Origin: Psammoneis japonica | Taxonomy: Eukaryota | Direction: 5' to 3' | Length of the DNA stretch: 64,000 nucleotides | Assembly: GCA_008632985.1 (NCBI GenBank) | Contig: QPGO01000193.1 | Span: forward strand, 62,001 to 126,000 | Shown: in pieces, positions 34,996 to 47,841 of the stretch | How the letters are laid out: the number at the start of each line of letters is the position of its first letter | How positions within the stretch are numbered: position 1 is the first letter of the stretch | The notes under the pieces: model-generated | Told to the model about the DNA's origin: nothing | Databases searched by the model: none | The model's input: only the letters and a program-made list of their open reading frames with translations | Translations under genes and position numbers: made by a program

Positions 34996-37100
34996 TTACT
35001 TCAAGATAAATGGCGAAGTTACATAGAGACTCTTTCCATTAGGTTGGTTGATCTTGAACTCGACTGCATAGCATCCAGCACCTCCAAGCTCATTCACCGG
35101 GTCTTCAATGTCGAACACCCACCTTCCCGTTTTCTTGCTAAGTCGCATCGTCCCACCACGCAAGCCGGTGTCCTCCGTTGTGAGGTTGCCTTCAATTTTT
35201 AGAATTCGCACCAACTCGGCCTCACTTCCATTCAACACCAGAGTGTCTTTTTCACTTGCCAAGCTGTCCGTGCAGTCCTTTAATTTTATCTTTAACCTCA
35301 GATTTCTCTTTTTTGTGGTATCGAATGCTTTCCGTTCCAATGGTGATCTGGAAGGGCAGAAAACGCCTTTGATTTTGCTTGGTGATGTACGAAAGTTCAT
35401 TTTACCCATTGGCTTCATGGTTCTAATGACATGGGCATCGCGTTGATCAGCATTCGGAATTGCGGGGCAGTTGTCACACGCATCTCCTACACCGTCCTCG
35501 TCTTTGTCGGCCTGATCGGCATTGGGAACCAAGAGGCAGTTGTCCGTGTCATCAGGAACGCCGTCGCCATCGATGTCACGGTGGCCGTCTGTGTCTACCG
35601 TCAAATCCAACTCCCAAAGCCCAAGGCGGGAATCTGCATCCTTTCCTTGGAAATAGATCTTTCCACCCATTTCCGTCCCTTTCCTGGCATCACGTACTAT
35701 TCCGTTTTTCACTTCGTTTACCTCCTCAACAAGTCTAGTTGTGTTTGCCACGGGATCGTGTACCCAAAGCTTGCTTGGCTGTTTCCATGTTACTTGATTG
35801 AAAAACAACTTTCCGTTTATGGCTACGAAGCAGCATAGGTTTTGGTTCTTTTCGAGGCCGAAGTCCCATAACGTCTGAGTAGTGTTACTCATGGGGTTGT
35901 ACACTAAAAGCAAAGATCCAGGGTAGTCGGCGAAAAAAAGCTTGCCATCCAGTGGAGTTATGTTTTCTCCAGCAACTTCACCTCCAGGTACTTCATGAGT
36001 TGCGTTGGTGATGGGATTGTGCGCCCAAAGCGTCCGTCGGTGGAAGTCCCGTTGTACAACCGCGCGGCTGCCTACTATAGCTTTGTAATAGAGCACACCG
36101 TCCATTGCTATCAAAACCTTGGAATACGTTTCCAATTCATCACCGGAAAAGCTTACCAGCACCCGAGTTTTGCCGGTGTTGGGGTCATACTCAGAGAACA
36201 CGTCGCCGAAAACTGAGCCACCTACTCGTCCTATTGGGCCGGTTTTGAAATATACCTTTCCATCCATCATTGCGATTGAATTATGGAATGCAATGTCAAA
36301 TACGACTTCCGTTCTGCCTGTGTCTGCATCATGCACATAAGTTCCGAAAAGGCCAGCTCTGAAGGCAAATAAATTTCCCTCGGCTTTCAAAAAATTGAAA
36401 TTCTTGTATTCTCCCAAATTCTTCTTTTCCAAACTCACTGGGTCGTACACAAAAAGCGTACTTACTCGTCGGGCTGCTATTGTGGTGAAATACAACTTTC
36501 CATNTTCTTGCATTCTCCCAAATTCTTCTTTTCCAAACTCACTGGGTCGTACACAAAAAGCGTGCTTACTCGTCGGGCTGCTATTGTGGTGAAATGCAAC
36601 TTTCCATTGGATGGTGTCAATGTGGCTAGACGGTTGCCGGGATCATCCGCTAACATTTGAGTTGTGTTGAGAGATGGATCATATACCCAGAGCTTTTTCC
36701 CGGCAGTGTAGCACAGTTTTCCATCCAGTGCCTTGACGTCGAAGCATTCTGCATTCCTTGTCTCTATCGCCTTCACCGTTTCAGTTGTCTTTTTCAAAGG
36801 ATCATGCACCCAGATCTTTTTGTCATTAAAGAAAAACAACTTTCCACCCAACGGCGCAATACGAGGCGTCCTCCTCTTTCGGATTGCCGCACTGACGAGA
36901 GCTTGAATGAGACAGCTGACGTTTGGCCAAATGATTATGGTCATTGTCCTCGTTTTGGGGGGAATTTTGGTTTGGCTGTTCATGCAGGGTGGAAAGGAGG
37001 CGATTCTTTTCGTTGTTGTGACCATTTTTTACAGTGCTGCTGGCGGAAAAGCCGATGACGAAACATGGCAAAACGAGGAACAGCGCACAAGGCCAACGCG
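34996..37100 (-). CDS. Secreted beta-propeller-repeat protein with thrombospondin type-3 Ca-binding repeats; 5' part disrupted and crosses a scaffold N
   Basis: Repeated 'GKL(F/Y)F...LW(V/A)(Y/H)(D/N)P'; '[37 protein letters not shown]'; hydrophobic leader '[15 protein letters not shown]' in another frame near 37050-37097. Confidence 0.75.
36401..36607. other. 103-bp duplicated contig overlap flanking a single N (36504)
   Basis: 36401-36503 equals 36505-36607 except for three substitutions. Confidence 0.9.
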
Positions 37101-37455
37101 TGGCACTTCTTCTTGTTCTGCGGTGCGAGATCTAGCTTGTGCGAAATATAATAACGAGAATTGCCTGATCGAGTGCGGTGAAGACAACCGTCATGTCGAT
37201 CTTTTATTCAGTTCCTCGAATCTTTCGATCAGTTTCAAAGTTATGGCATCCTCGAATCGCTCTGACGGAATTTGTGCGCGCTGAGGATATGTCGTCCGCA
37301 GACATTTGCTTGTGTCCAAAATGACATATGACTCTAAGAAATGTCGAAGGCGCGTACTCGACAAAAGTGTCAACATTTTGAACCTCTCGCTCAATGGCAA
37401 TGCATTTTTCTACTCGAGAAAGGCCAAAGGAACGCAATAACTGCGACTACCAACG

Positions 37456-37778
37456 ATGAGAACAACTTTTAGCTTACCTCTTCTTTTCCTTCTTTGTAGC
37501 ATGGCAGTGGCGGTCGATGCCAAAGGTTCATGCTGCGTCATGGGAGAAGGTTGTCTCATTATCTCTGAAGATCCTGCCGGTCTCGTACAGGAATCTTTGT
37601 TGGATCTGATGAGTGCATCAGAGGCACATGCCCAAATATGGGTGCGTGTTGCACGATGACAAGTGGCGTGGCATGTAGGATGACTGACATGACAACATGT
37701 GAAAATATAAGCGGCGACTTCCAAGGCTTCGGATCGATGTGTGACCCCGGTTTGTGTCCGACTGCGCCGTTCTACTAA
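37456..37778 (+). CDS. Small secreted Cys-rich protein with two G(S/A)CC repeats; 1-bp frameshift ~37571
   Basis: Signal peptide, then 'GSCCVMGEGCLIISE' / 'SCRSRTGIFVGSDECIRGTCPNMGACCTMTSGVACRMTDMTTCENISGDFQGFGSMCDPGLCPTAPFY*'. Confidence 0.7.
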
Positions 37779-38515
37779 CGATTGCGGCAACGATATCGAG
37801 CTCAATGTGGACGCAAAGCTGTCATGCTTGACTCAATAGATGTCAGTGTTGGAGACAAGAACCCAGTTTCACGTTTTTAATCGTTGGATCTACGCAGTGT
37901 ACAACATTCAACAGTTGGTTTCGACAATCGCTGAATAATTCTTATTACTCTTAGATAAGCTATTGCAAGCTCTAGAGTTCCCTACCTTTCCGGTAATGAT
38001 TTTTCATATGTTCTTGTAGGGACTATAGACTCCCCATATGCTGAAATCACAGCAAGTGCACTTTGTTGAAACAGTCCAAGCGCTGGAAGAGGGGAGGGAA
38101 AATCGGAAAAGCTGGCACCAAGTGAAAAAAGAACAAGCGCCCCGTCATCCTTCCTACTAATATCACAATGGGCTCCTCTTGAGATGGGGTCGGGTGCGTG
38201 CTCAGTTGATAAGATTTCCGAAGCGATTAAAACTTTGTATCGTCAAGTGTGTACATCACATTCCCTCATGACAGCTGTCGATGTATTCTTTGCCATCCAT
38301 CATTCAACAGCTGCTTCTTTCCTGAAGGATATGTAGCATGCTACTTCGCTACTGGAGTTCGGAGCGTTACCGGTCAATCAGAAAATCAATCAGTTATTGT
38401 TTCGAGCTGGCGAAGACTTGTGATATTATCGTGAGTCTTCTGCATACTTGTTGAGGTTGAAATCGACACCTCCTACAGGATGTGCGTATTTTCTTCGAAT
38501 CTTCTACAAAGTGGC

Positions 38516-40231
38516 TCAAGTATCTAAACTTCGCTTGGTTCGGAATGACCGTTCTGTCTTCTTGTCGTTTGCATGACGATTGAATTCGATACCGGCAATG
38601 AACCCATTTCGAATAGCTGCCGTGTTGGCTTGCGCGTCTCCACTGCCAAGGTACAAGCGAAACATGGCGTTACACAAGGTCTCGTCACGGACCGTGTAGG
38701 TTCCGTGTGGCGACGTGACAATCAACATGTTTTTCTTGTTGCACAGAATCGAAATCTCGCTTCCCTTTGCAAGGATCGTCCCAGGCGGTAGCAGCGCCAT
38801 CATTAACTGTTCCAAAGCAAGGTACGCCTCATTATGAGTCGCATCATTCAAATCCAGCACTTGCTTGCTATTGAGTAAGAGCGCCGACGAAAAGCCCATT
38901 GATTTAACTTGACGGTGAAACTTTAGCACCATGGCTTTTCGTCGTGATCGGGATTGAATAAAATTGTCGATAAAGGCATTTCTGGCCTCCGTTGAGTTAT
39001 TCTCTTGCTGATAGAGCTTTTCTAGCATTGATTTCAGTTTTGGGCGTTCTCTGGCATGAACATAGAGTGCGACAGAATAAACGGTGATGGATCCAAACGG
39101 ACCACCGCCAACAAAGGACAAAAGTCCGTTTGCCGTGGTTGGAAACGTTAAACCGTGAATGACGTTTGACGATGTGTAAGCTTTTTGTTGAGTGCCATTA
39201 CCAATCGTGGAAAAGGTGTGATTCTTCGCCCATTTCAAATTGCTTGATACCGTTTCCTTGGCTGCCGTTGCGTTTGTTAGTGATTTTGGAATAGAATTGA
39301 CAAGAGAACTGGCCGTTGTGGATATGGATGACGAGTTATTCGTGAGAAAGGACAGCGATGCGACTTGGGCCTTGGTCCAATTCAAATTTGCATTCAAATT
39401 TTTCCTAGCTGCCGATACTAGACGTAGTAAGGAACCACCACTTTCACCACTCGTTCGCGCGGTTTCTTCCATGACGTGCATTGCATCTTTTCGTCGTTTT
39501 CTCTCGCTTCGTCTCGTATAACTCGACTTGGTGTCGGTGCTATTCCTTAGCGCTGTATCCAAGGTGGAGTTTCTGCCGGACCTTGATACCTTTTGTTTTG
39601 CTCTTTTGGATACGCGAAGCAGCCGATTTCCCATTGTACTCGCCAACTGGCGCGTCTTGCTTGCAATTGTCGACGCGAACGAAGCAGAAGTTGCATTCGA
39701 TGAAATGTTCTGCGCAAATACCGCTCGATTCACGTTTCTGTGCTGCACCACCCAATTCATACTTGTCGCGGCTCCACTCTTTGTAGATTTCCATACACTT
39801 GTTGTGGAGTTGACAAAAACACCAATGGATTTCGGCATGCCCTTGTGCAAGTAGAATGGCCGCACCACAAACAGGACAAACATACCAATCATGCAAGAAA
39901 CGAGTACAAGTTTCCATTCGTTCTCGATTTCCGGTTTTTCTTTTGTTATTCTCGGTGGCGTGTCGACTCTTTCATGATTGTCGAAATTTTCTATTCGATC
40001 TTCTTGAAGTTGAGGTGCGACAACCACAGTATGATTCTCGCTTGCAACAGCCAGCGATTTCTTGGTTTCTTCAACAACAGGTTCCTGAGCTTCGACGCAA
40101 TCATTGCTTACAACGATTTCTCTCCGCGACTCCTCTGCAACGGCAAGTATAATCGTAAGGACAAACAGATCATTGTATCAGATAAAAAAAGTTTGTATTC
40201 ATAAGCACGTACGTGTATCATTGCTGCTCAT
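38516..40231 (-). CDS. Membrane-anchored protein with C-terminal chalcone-isomerase-like fold; intron 40135-40212
   Basis: Exon 1 MSSNDT spliced (GTACGT..TTGCAG) in frame to the 503-aa ORF; one TM helix; 'ITVYSVALYV' and 'LCNAMFRLYLG' resemble CHI-fold proteins. Confidence 0.7.
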
Positions 40232-40891
40232 CTTCTCGGTTGGTTTTGTGAACCAGCGAAAAAGATCGGTGTCAAAGATACTATGACGTTCAACAGTCAC
40301 AGTGCGTTGTTGTTCCTGGCCAGACATTGTCTACTTAAAAATCTTGTATCGTATAGAGATGGAATGCTTCAATGATAAGAATCTACTGTTCACTGTTACC
40401 AGAAAGAAGTTGGATGTTATGGATAAAAGTTCATCGTCGCATCGCCGAAAATTCAAGCAACACGAGAAACGAGAAAAAAGCAAACGAGCTCTTTTGCGAA
40501 CAGTACGAGCTCTGCTTCGCGATTACAGCCGCCGCCGCTCTGCTGACCATTCGATGTTTATTCTCTCTCCTTCACTTCGCTTTCTTCCATCTTGTTATAG
40601 AAAGCAGTCTTAAAAGCACCTTTGCAATCATTCGCCATTCGCCTTTGTGCAACCTCCTGTAGCACACTCTGATTGTGCCATGCAATGCTTGTGCGGATGC
40701 AGGCCAGTTGTGCGAGTGAGTCGGGAGTCACAGCAAGATCCGCGACCGCGATTCCCGAATCACGACTCGCAACCTAAGCAACTCGCGACCTATGCTTGGA
40801 ACGAACCCCATTCCTGCTTGCTGCTTGGCGTGACCTCACAATTTCCTGCTCATGCAACTGGTCGCTGTGCAAAGTTCATGAACGAGTTAAC

Positions 40892-42586
40892 ATGATGAAG
40901 CGAAACAGTCATAAAATCAAAAAGAAAGTAAAAAAGAGCCTACCTTTCCTTCTAGCTTGCGTCAAAATGATCCGTCCGACGACCCATGCTGTGGATGAGA
41001 GTCCGACAAAACGCATTGAGGCCATTCGATATGCGCAAGTTGGTAAAACAGTCTGCATCTATGGCTTTTACTTTTCATCCTTGTATCTATTGATGAAACA
41101 GGTTATACAAAATGGTGTATTCTGGATACTGATTTGTATTCCTATTTTAATCACCGTGATAGCAGCATTTGCGCTACTGGCCCTTGTGCTTTCAACAGTT
41201 CTCTTCACCAATCCCAAGAAACCATGGTCTGCGGCTGGTGATCTCACTTCCAATTTTTCTTGGGACGGGAAACGTCCTCTTCGTATTACATTTATTACCT
41301 GGGGTTCGCGCGGGGATGTGCAACCGAACGTTTCCTTGGGATTGGAGCTTGCCAGACGTGGTCATACCGTGAGGGTGATGGGAATGGAGTGCTTTCGTTC
41401 ATGTATTGATTGCCATCCCGAACTAGAGTACATCCCCATGGAAGACGACTACATGTTCAAACTCGGGTCAGAATTAAACGAGCCACAAAATCGAGACAAG
41501 CTTCCAGCAATATGTGCCAAATTTGTTGGTTTGTCATTTCGGGTTTATGTCTCTCAATACATCAAAGCTGCCGAGGATTCTGACATTATCATCGGGCAGA
41601 ACATACCAATATGCAACCTCGCTCATCTTACTGTTTCTCAGGTGGTGAAGAAGCCCATCTTCTTTGTTACACATGATGCCATGAATAGCATGCCGAACAC
41701 TACATATTCTTATGATCCTTCAACCAACCGAGTCAAAGATTATGGATGGCTTATGAACATCATTAATACGCGAGCGCTTCCATTGATTGTGGGAGCAATG
41801 GCCACAATGTCGCCTTGGTCTGATGTGAGACGTTATCGTCGTGAATTGGGACTTTCTACTCCTTGGCCATTTATGGAGCTGCTTGGACCAAGAATAGTCT
41901 CTTCGATTCCGACCTTTGCCACATGGGATCCATCATTGTGGCCACGACCAAAGGACTTCTCGTCGCACTGGATTAGCACCGGTTTCTTCGTTACCAAGTC
42001 GAGTTGCGTCCATGATGAGGAAGGAGTTTTGGAATGGTTGAAAAAGCGAAGCAAGGATGCACCAGGACGAAGAACAATCTACGCAGCTTTGGGTTCTTTT
42101 GGCCACCATGACAAGACGTTCTATACCGACATGCTGCTGGATGCATCACAGAAACTTGGCTTGGATGTGGTGACTCTCAGCTCAAGTGTAGACAATCGAC
42201 CCATGCCGGCTAACGTCTTTGTTGCCAAGAATGTTCCACAAGACAAAGTCTTCCCCCAGTGTGATTTCATTGTGCACCATGGGGGAGCCGGTACGGCTTC
42301 GCAGGTGATTCGATCAGGGAAGCCGGGTGTCTGCATTCCGGCAATGCATTTCCAAGAAACATGGGGTGCTCGTCTCAAAGAGTATGGGGCTGGTGTTATG
42401 ATAACTCAGACAGAACTCGAGGCAGCTTATCAAACCCGCTCTACCAACCTACTGCTCGAAGCTTTCGAAGCAGCAATGCAACCCAAGATTAGGGAAAAAG
42501 CTGAATGCCTTGGAGAAGCCGCCCGCCAAGCTGGTGGAGTCGAGCTTGCCGCGGATAAGATTTTTGAATACCTCAACGACTCATGA
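40892..42586 (+). CDS. UDP-glycosyltransferase (GT1, sterol glucosyltransferase-like); start uncertain
   Basis: 'ITWGSRGDVQP..LGLELARRGHTV', 'VPQDKVFP', 'VHHGGAGT', 'FQETWG'. Confidence 0.9.
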   Translation: MMKRNSHKIKKKVKKSLPFLLACVKMIRPTTHAVDESPTKRIEAIRYAQVGKTVCIYGFYFSSLYLLMKQVIQNGVFWILICIPILITVIAAFALLALVLSTVLFTNPKKPWSAAGDLTSNFSWDGKRPLRITFITWGSRGDVQPNVSLGLELARRGHTVRVMGMECFRSCIDCHPELEYIPMEDDYMFKLGSELNEPQNRDKLPAICAKFVGLSFRVYVSQYIKAAEDSDIIIGQNIPICNLAHLTVSQVVKKPIFFVTHDAMNSMPNTTYSYDPSTNRVKDYGWLMNIINTRALPLIVGAMATMSPWSDVRRYRRELGLSTPWPFMELLGPRIVSSIPTFATWDPSLWPRPKDFSSHWISTGFFVTKSSCVHDEEGVLEWLKKRSKDAPGRRTIYAALGSFGHHDKTFYTDMLLDASQKLGLDVVTLSSSVDNRPMPANVFVAKNVPQDKVFPQCDFIVHHGGAGTASQVIRSGKPGVCIPAMHFQETWGARLKEYGAGVMITQTELEAAYQTRSTNLLLEAFEAAMQPKIREKAECLGEAARQAGGVELAADKIFEYLNDS

Positions 42587-42779
42587 CACTACTAGAGAAT
42601 AATGCGAATGTAAGATATGCACATTTACGTGGGAGTTCATTAGCACACCAAAGAAAAAGCCTATTGACATATTCTGTTAAGCCCTACGACAACCTCCAAC
42701 GAGCTGCAACGTCGATTGAGTAGCTTCCAACGAAGGGAGTTCTTATGTTACACAACTTGCATAACTTAAATGTGGGTTC

Positions 42780-44700
42780 TGAGCAAAACAAATTGCAACG
42801 GAATGCAGCAGACGCATCTGGAAGAGAGGCAGGGAGTGCTTTGGATGTGATCATGATGGATGAGATGGACCATGTAACAGAAGAAACGGTGTCTTGCTGA
42901 CAGGTGCGAGGGCTTCTTTTGTGCCTTCTTTGACAGAGCGTGGATCTTGATTGTCGTGCTGTGTCTCACAGCGCTGTACAATGAGAAAGGAATCATTTGG
43001 AGATGGGATCTGGGGCAAGTCAGATGGTCCCAGGCTTTGCTTTGTGCAAAGGGGCACAACCTCTTTGACACCTGTCACAACACTGGCCTTCCACTTTCTG
43101 GCTGATTGCATGGACTGTCTGGCTTTCATGTCATTGAGAGCAGCCTCCACCTGTCAAGTTCTCCATGTCATGAAAGTGGATCCTTGAAGCATTTAGATGG
43201 ACCTTTGGGCCAGACCAATTGCACAGGAGCTTTCGCCAGTGCTGACCTCATTGGCAAAATCAGAAATTGCTTTTTTTGCCTTCTCAATTGATGCCACAGC
43301 TTTTTTCAGTCTGCCAAGCAGGGCAGCCACCACACATGCTTTCATTGCCAGTCAAATGCTTTGAATCCAAAATCTTCTTTCTGGCTTGATTGGCAACAAT
43401 GTTGCAGAATGACAAGTGGCTAAAATGAGCCTGCAATCCCAGAGCTGCATTCTTTGGGGCAACAGGTGATGTTGACATTGCCTGTCACACAGTTGCGCTG
43501 GACAGAGCAAGACATCCCTGCTTGCCCTCTGCAAGGAGGAACCCAACACCCCAGAGCTGCACTCTTTGGGGCAACAGGTGACGTTGACATTGCCTGTCAC
43601 ACAATTGTGCTGGACAGAGCAAGACATCCCTGCTTGCCCTCTGCAAAGAACCCAACATGACCATGGCCTTCAGCAGTGCCACCCTTGCAAAACAGCTGGC
43701 AATCTTTGCACACCATTGTTGTCACCATTTCCAGCCAAGTCACTGCTGGTCAGCCTGCCCTCCTCTGACTGAGGCACCCTCTGTGGTGCATTGTTGGACA
43801 GAAGAGCCTCCACTCATTTTGCCAATGAGGCCACCAACATGGTTGCCATTTCTGGCAACACTGCTCCCAGGAAAGAACAGCAAGATGCCGCACACTGGCA
43901 TGACTCTGCATCACAGGCACCCAGCGGAGCATGCTGGTTTGAGGCTTTGCACTTGCTGCCATCCCCAGCAGCAATGACTTGGTTTTCCTTGCACTTTGCT
44001 GCAGCTTGCAAAAACATTTTTTCCACGCCTTGGCTGCCTCCAATGGCTGGCCATCATGAACGAACCAATGCATGCTCCAAATCATCATCTCCGTGAACTT
44101 CATTTGCAAGTGCCGCTCTGTTGTTCTGTTGTTGCACTGCATGTCTTCCATCTTGATGTGGACCCTCCTTTCAGTGGGGCAACACACCTTCAAATCTTGG
44201 CCAGCCAGCGTCGCAGCTGCGACCCGCTTCTTGGTTGACCGGCCGCCCGCCCTTTCACTTGGGAGCACCCCGTCACTTGGAGGAAGAACCACTTCTGTTG
44301 CCTGCTGCTGCTGCTGCAGATTGTGATGCTCTTGTTCTTTTGCCACTCAAAGTCAAAGTTGACAAGCCGTTTCTCTGTGAAGTTGGGTGTCTTGTCACCC
44401 ATGATCGGCAGCCCGCTCCTCAGCAGTGGAGCGATTGCCAACTTGTTGTTGTTGCTTGTCACATTGTGTTGTTGTTGCACAGCTTTCTGTTTGCTTGTTG
44501 TGCTCAGTGCTCGCGTCAGTTTGAATTTGTTGGTTAGGGGGGAAACTGCCAGAGTTGCGTTGACGCCCAGAACGACCATCACGCATCAATCATCACCTCA
44601 GATGCCTCCAGCGACTGCATGCACGCGCCACGTGAAACAATTGCGCGCCATTCCCGATGAGGAAATGCGCGGGAAACTAACACGTCATCGAACTCACGTC
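42780..44700. repeat. TpA-depleted degenerate repeat domain (unclassified)
   Basis: Abrupt loss of TA between two normal genes; contains a 112-bp tandem duplication. Confidence 0.8.
43438..43657. repeat. Tandem duplication, 112-bp period
   Basis: CCCAGAGCTGCA..CTTTGGGGCAACAGGTGA..ACCCAACA starts at 43438 and 43550. Confidence 0.9.
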
Positions 44701-44795
44701 AACAATTTGTCAACCATCACTGCCCAATAACCAACTTGTCGATCTTGTATTACCAACAAGGGCGTCGATGCATCAGCTTTGTTAGTCTTTGCACC

Positions 44796-45474
44796 ATGTC
44801 GCATTCACAGAAATTGAAAGAATCACTTCCAAAACTTGTTCAGCAGTTCCAAATTCATTGTTTGAAAAAGGGCGCCAACCAAGGAAAGTTTCCCATTTTA
44901 TCGGCATCACGACACGATCGAATTTTTGAAAAGTATCCCAATTATACCAAACGGCATGCGGCAGTGTTGGTTCCGTTACTCTTTGTTGAGGATGAACCGC
45001 ACGTACTCTTTACGGTTCGAGCCTCCAATCTCAACACACACGCCTCTGAGATTTCCTTTCCAGGGGGGACATTATGACGAGGGACACGACTCGAGTCTAG
45101 TCGAAACAGCTCTTCGAGAAACACGAGAAGAATTGTTATTGGATGAGCAAGAGCCAATTACAGTTTTAGGAATGGCAACAGCAGTGCCAAGCGTAAAGGG
45201 AGTTCCCGTTACTCCAGTTTTGGGTGTCTTGGAGCGCAACATTTCACCTCATGAATTGTGGAAGGGAAATCCACAAGAAGTAACAAGGGTGTTTGTTGTT
45301 TCGATAACTCAATTACTAGATACAGAAACATCGGAGCCATTGAAACGGTTGGGCGACAAGAATGGGCCCGTGTTTCCTAGTCCACACGGCAAGATTTGGG
45401 GCTTGACGGCGTTTGTTTTGAGACCCATTCTGCACAAGATTTTCAAACCAGTCTTTCAATCGCAAGAGCAATGA
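44796..45474 (+). CDS. Nudix hydrolase, CoA pyrophosphatase (NUDT7/NUDT8-like); +1 G in homopolymer ~45065
   Basis: 'AAVLVPL', 'TVRASNLNTHASEISFPGG', then 'DSSLVETALRETREE' and 'IWGLTA'; removing one G from a G6 run restores the frame. Confidence 0.85.
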
Positions 45475-45753
45475 TATATATGGAGTTAGAGGAGAGAGAA
45501 ACAACAGCGCAGAAGATGTGGCAACGTCTATTTATTTCCGTGATTGGTCCGAAGGGGGTTTCCGGAATCACTCTCTAGAGGAGCTCGAAGTAACTGCAAC
45601 GGCCTGCAGCGATGAGCATTTTGAATTATGCAAAAGATCCAAAGCATGCCTTCAATGCATGCTTGGTCTTGATATGACGGTGTATTGAAACGAAAATGTA
45701 AAAATGCAGACAGAAAGAGGCATCCGGTGCTCTGATATGGAAAGTGTGGCGAT

Positions 45754-47122
45754 TCACTGATGAATCGCGTAGGGGTTCGAGCCACAGATGCAAAGGCTAT
45801 CGAGTTGCTCCGCCAATGTAATAAGCTTGCCCTTGGCCTTTTCTGGTGACGGAAAGGAGTCGTAGGATACGTCCTGCTTTGCAGGCGATTGCTCTTGAAC
45901 GATCGAGGGGTCACCTTCAACCTTGTGGAACGACTCTTGCTCCTGCAAAGCTTTTGGAGTTTTTTTGTTGGAATGTCGGCGACGAGAATTGGTTCTGGAG
46001 CGTTTCGGGGTCTGATACATGGTTTCAGAAGCAACAATTGAGACATCGTCTGAAGATTGAGAAACGTCAAGAGGAGCTGGTTTGCGGTGTGGCTGGCTGC
46101 CGCGGTTCTTGGGTTTACTCCTGCCGCGTGCTTCACCTGCACGCCCCAGTTCATGTTGTTTCGACACGCCAAATTGATATTGGAAACCCGGCCGTGCTAG
46201 TGATGATGTTTCGTCGTTTCGGAGTCTTGACGTGGGTATCTCTTGATTGCGTTCCGTCCGTAAGGCCGTTTCCTTGAGAGCATCCCAAACAGCTTCTTGA
46301 GGGACTAGCGCTGATTCGGACACCATTCCGCAGAGGTCAGAAGGTGCAATACGAGACAAATCAATAGCCGACTCAACCAACTTCTTGGCGAAAGCTTTTC
46401 GTTGCTTGTCTCTGGGAACGATGGGGTGCCCACTCGACGCTATTATGGAGCTGTGATTGACCCAAACCTGAACAGCTCGAAACACTGTAATCTCCTCGCA
46501 ATTCAAGTGTTTGTCGCTTACGACAAGTTCAAGTGCCGGCGGACTCAACAAGAAAACCCCTGGTGATTGATAGTCTTGTGTTTGCTGCAACAAGGCCATA
46601 TCTGGATCCGATCGGATTGCATCCATAGCCAGACGCTGAATACGTAGTCTCGGATTTGCCGGTAGCTACCGTCTCGTCTAGAATAGCGCACGCCCACAAT
46701 AAGTTGCCGTGTTCCCACAATACCTTCGTGATCATATCGCATGCTAGTTCTTGCAATTTTGGTAACTGAAATGCTTTTGCGCAATCAAACAAGTGTACCA
46801 CGTGCCGTACAGAAACATCGTCTCGTGTCGCGGTGCGCGAGAATTCAGCAATATCGTTGGTACCGCAAAATTCCACCATGGCCCGAATCACCACACCAGA
46901 ATATGGAATACGCGTCTTTTGTTTGGTACGATACAGCAACTGCTGCAAGACTTGTGATCGTGCTCCCAACACAAATCGCAACGCTGGTACTTGATCTCCA
47001 TCACTCGCGACGAGCACAACGTCTGTCATTTGACTGCTATTAGCATGCGCCAACAAATCAAACGCCAGTGTCGTGTCGTGATGTGCAAGATGTTCATCAT
47101 ATGGCCGGCGGCGGTGAACCAT
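45754..47122 (-). CDS. BTB/POZ-BACK domain protein; frameshift ~46635
   Basis: 'TDVVLVASDGDQVPALRFVLGARSQVLQQLL'; second frame 'LNCEEITVFRAVQVWV', 'IDLSRIAPSDL'. Confidence 0.8.
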
Positions 47123-47841
47123 GATGTAATAGCACGCTGCAATATGGAATACCGACAACAGCGACGCAGCAACCTTACCGCGGTACAAAAGACTCAAGAC
47201 AAAGATCGCGTCGCGCCATCTTTTTCCAAAAAATTGAATTGTTCGACTCAAGAAAGCGTCTGTACGTCGCTAAAAAGTCCTTGGAAAAAAGTCGATGGAC
47301 ATCCGGGACCGCATATTGACATTTCCCTCTGCATACTAATTTCAACTGTTCTTCTTCGTTGATAAAAAAGAGACATTCTTCGAGTCATTTCATATTTTGT
47401 CTTTATGTGTTCAAAGATACGTACATTTGCCTAATTCTCTTAATTGTTAGTCGTTAATCCGCTGTCAATCAATTAGTGGACAGCTGATCCTTTAAGTGAA
47501 GATGGCAACATCGAGTCATAGTTTCTTATCTATTTAACCAAATCAGCTGTGCGACTCCACTCATGACATCACATCATTATGTTTCAATTGCCCTCTGCAA
47601 ATTCTTCTTTTCCCCACATTATTCGCAGCGAAGCGAGATCGCAAAAAAACCCTCTCGTCCCTCTGCAACGAATTTTGTTTTGATTCGATGCTGAGATTTT
47701 CAGAGAAAGCGTACAGTTTGGGACGAAAAGAAAGAGAGCAAGCGTTCTCTTGACCTTGACTGCCAAAAGGAATCGGTCGTTCGACGGCTAAGCTGTTCAT
47801 TGACACTCAATCGCAAGAGCTACATCAGCAACATCGCGATA

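Noticed and set aside
36401..36607. Genuine tandem duplication within the gene
   Set aside because: The copies abut a single N exactly, typical of an unmerged contig overlap; only the differences between them are informative.
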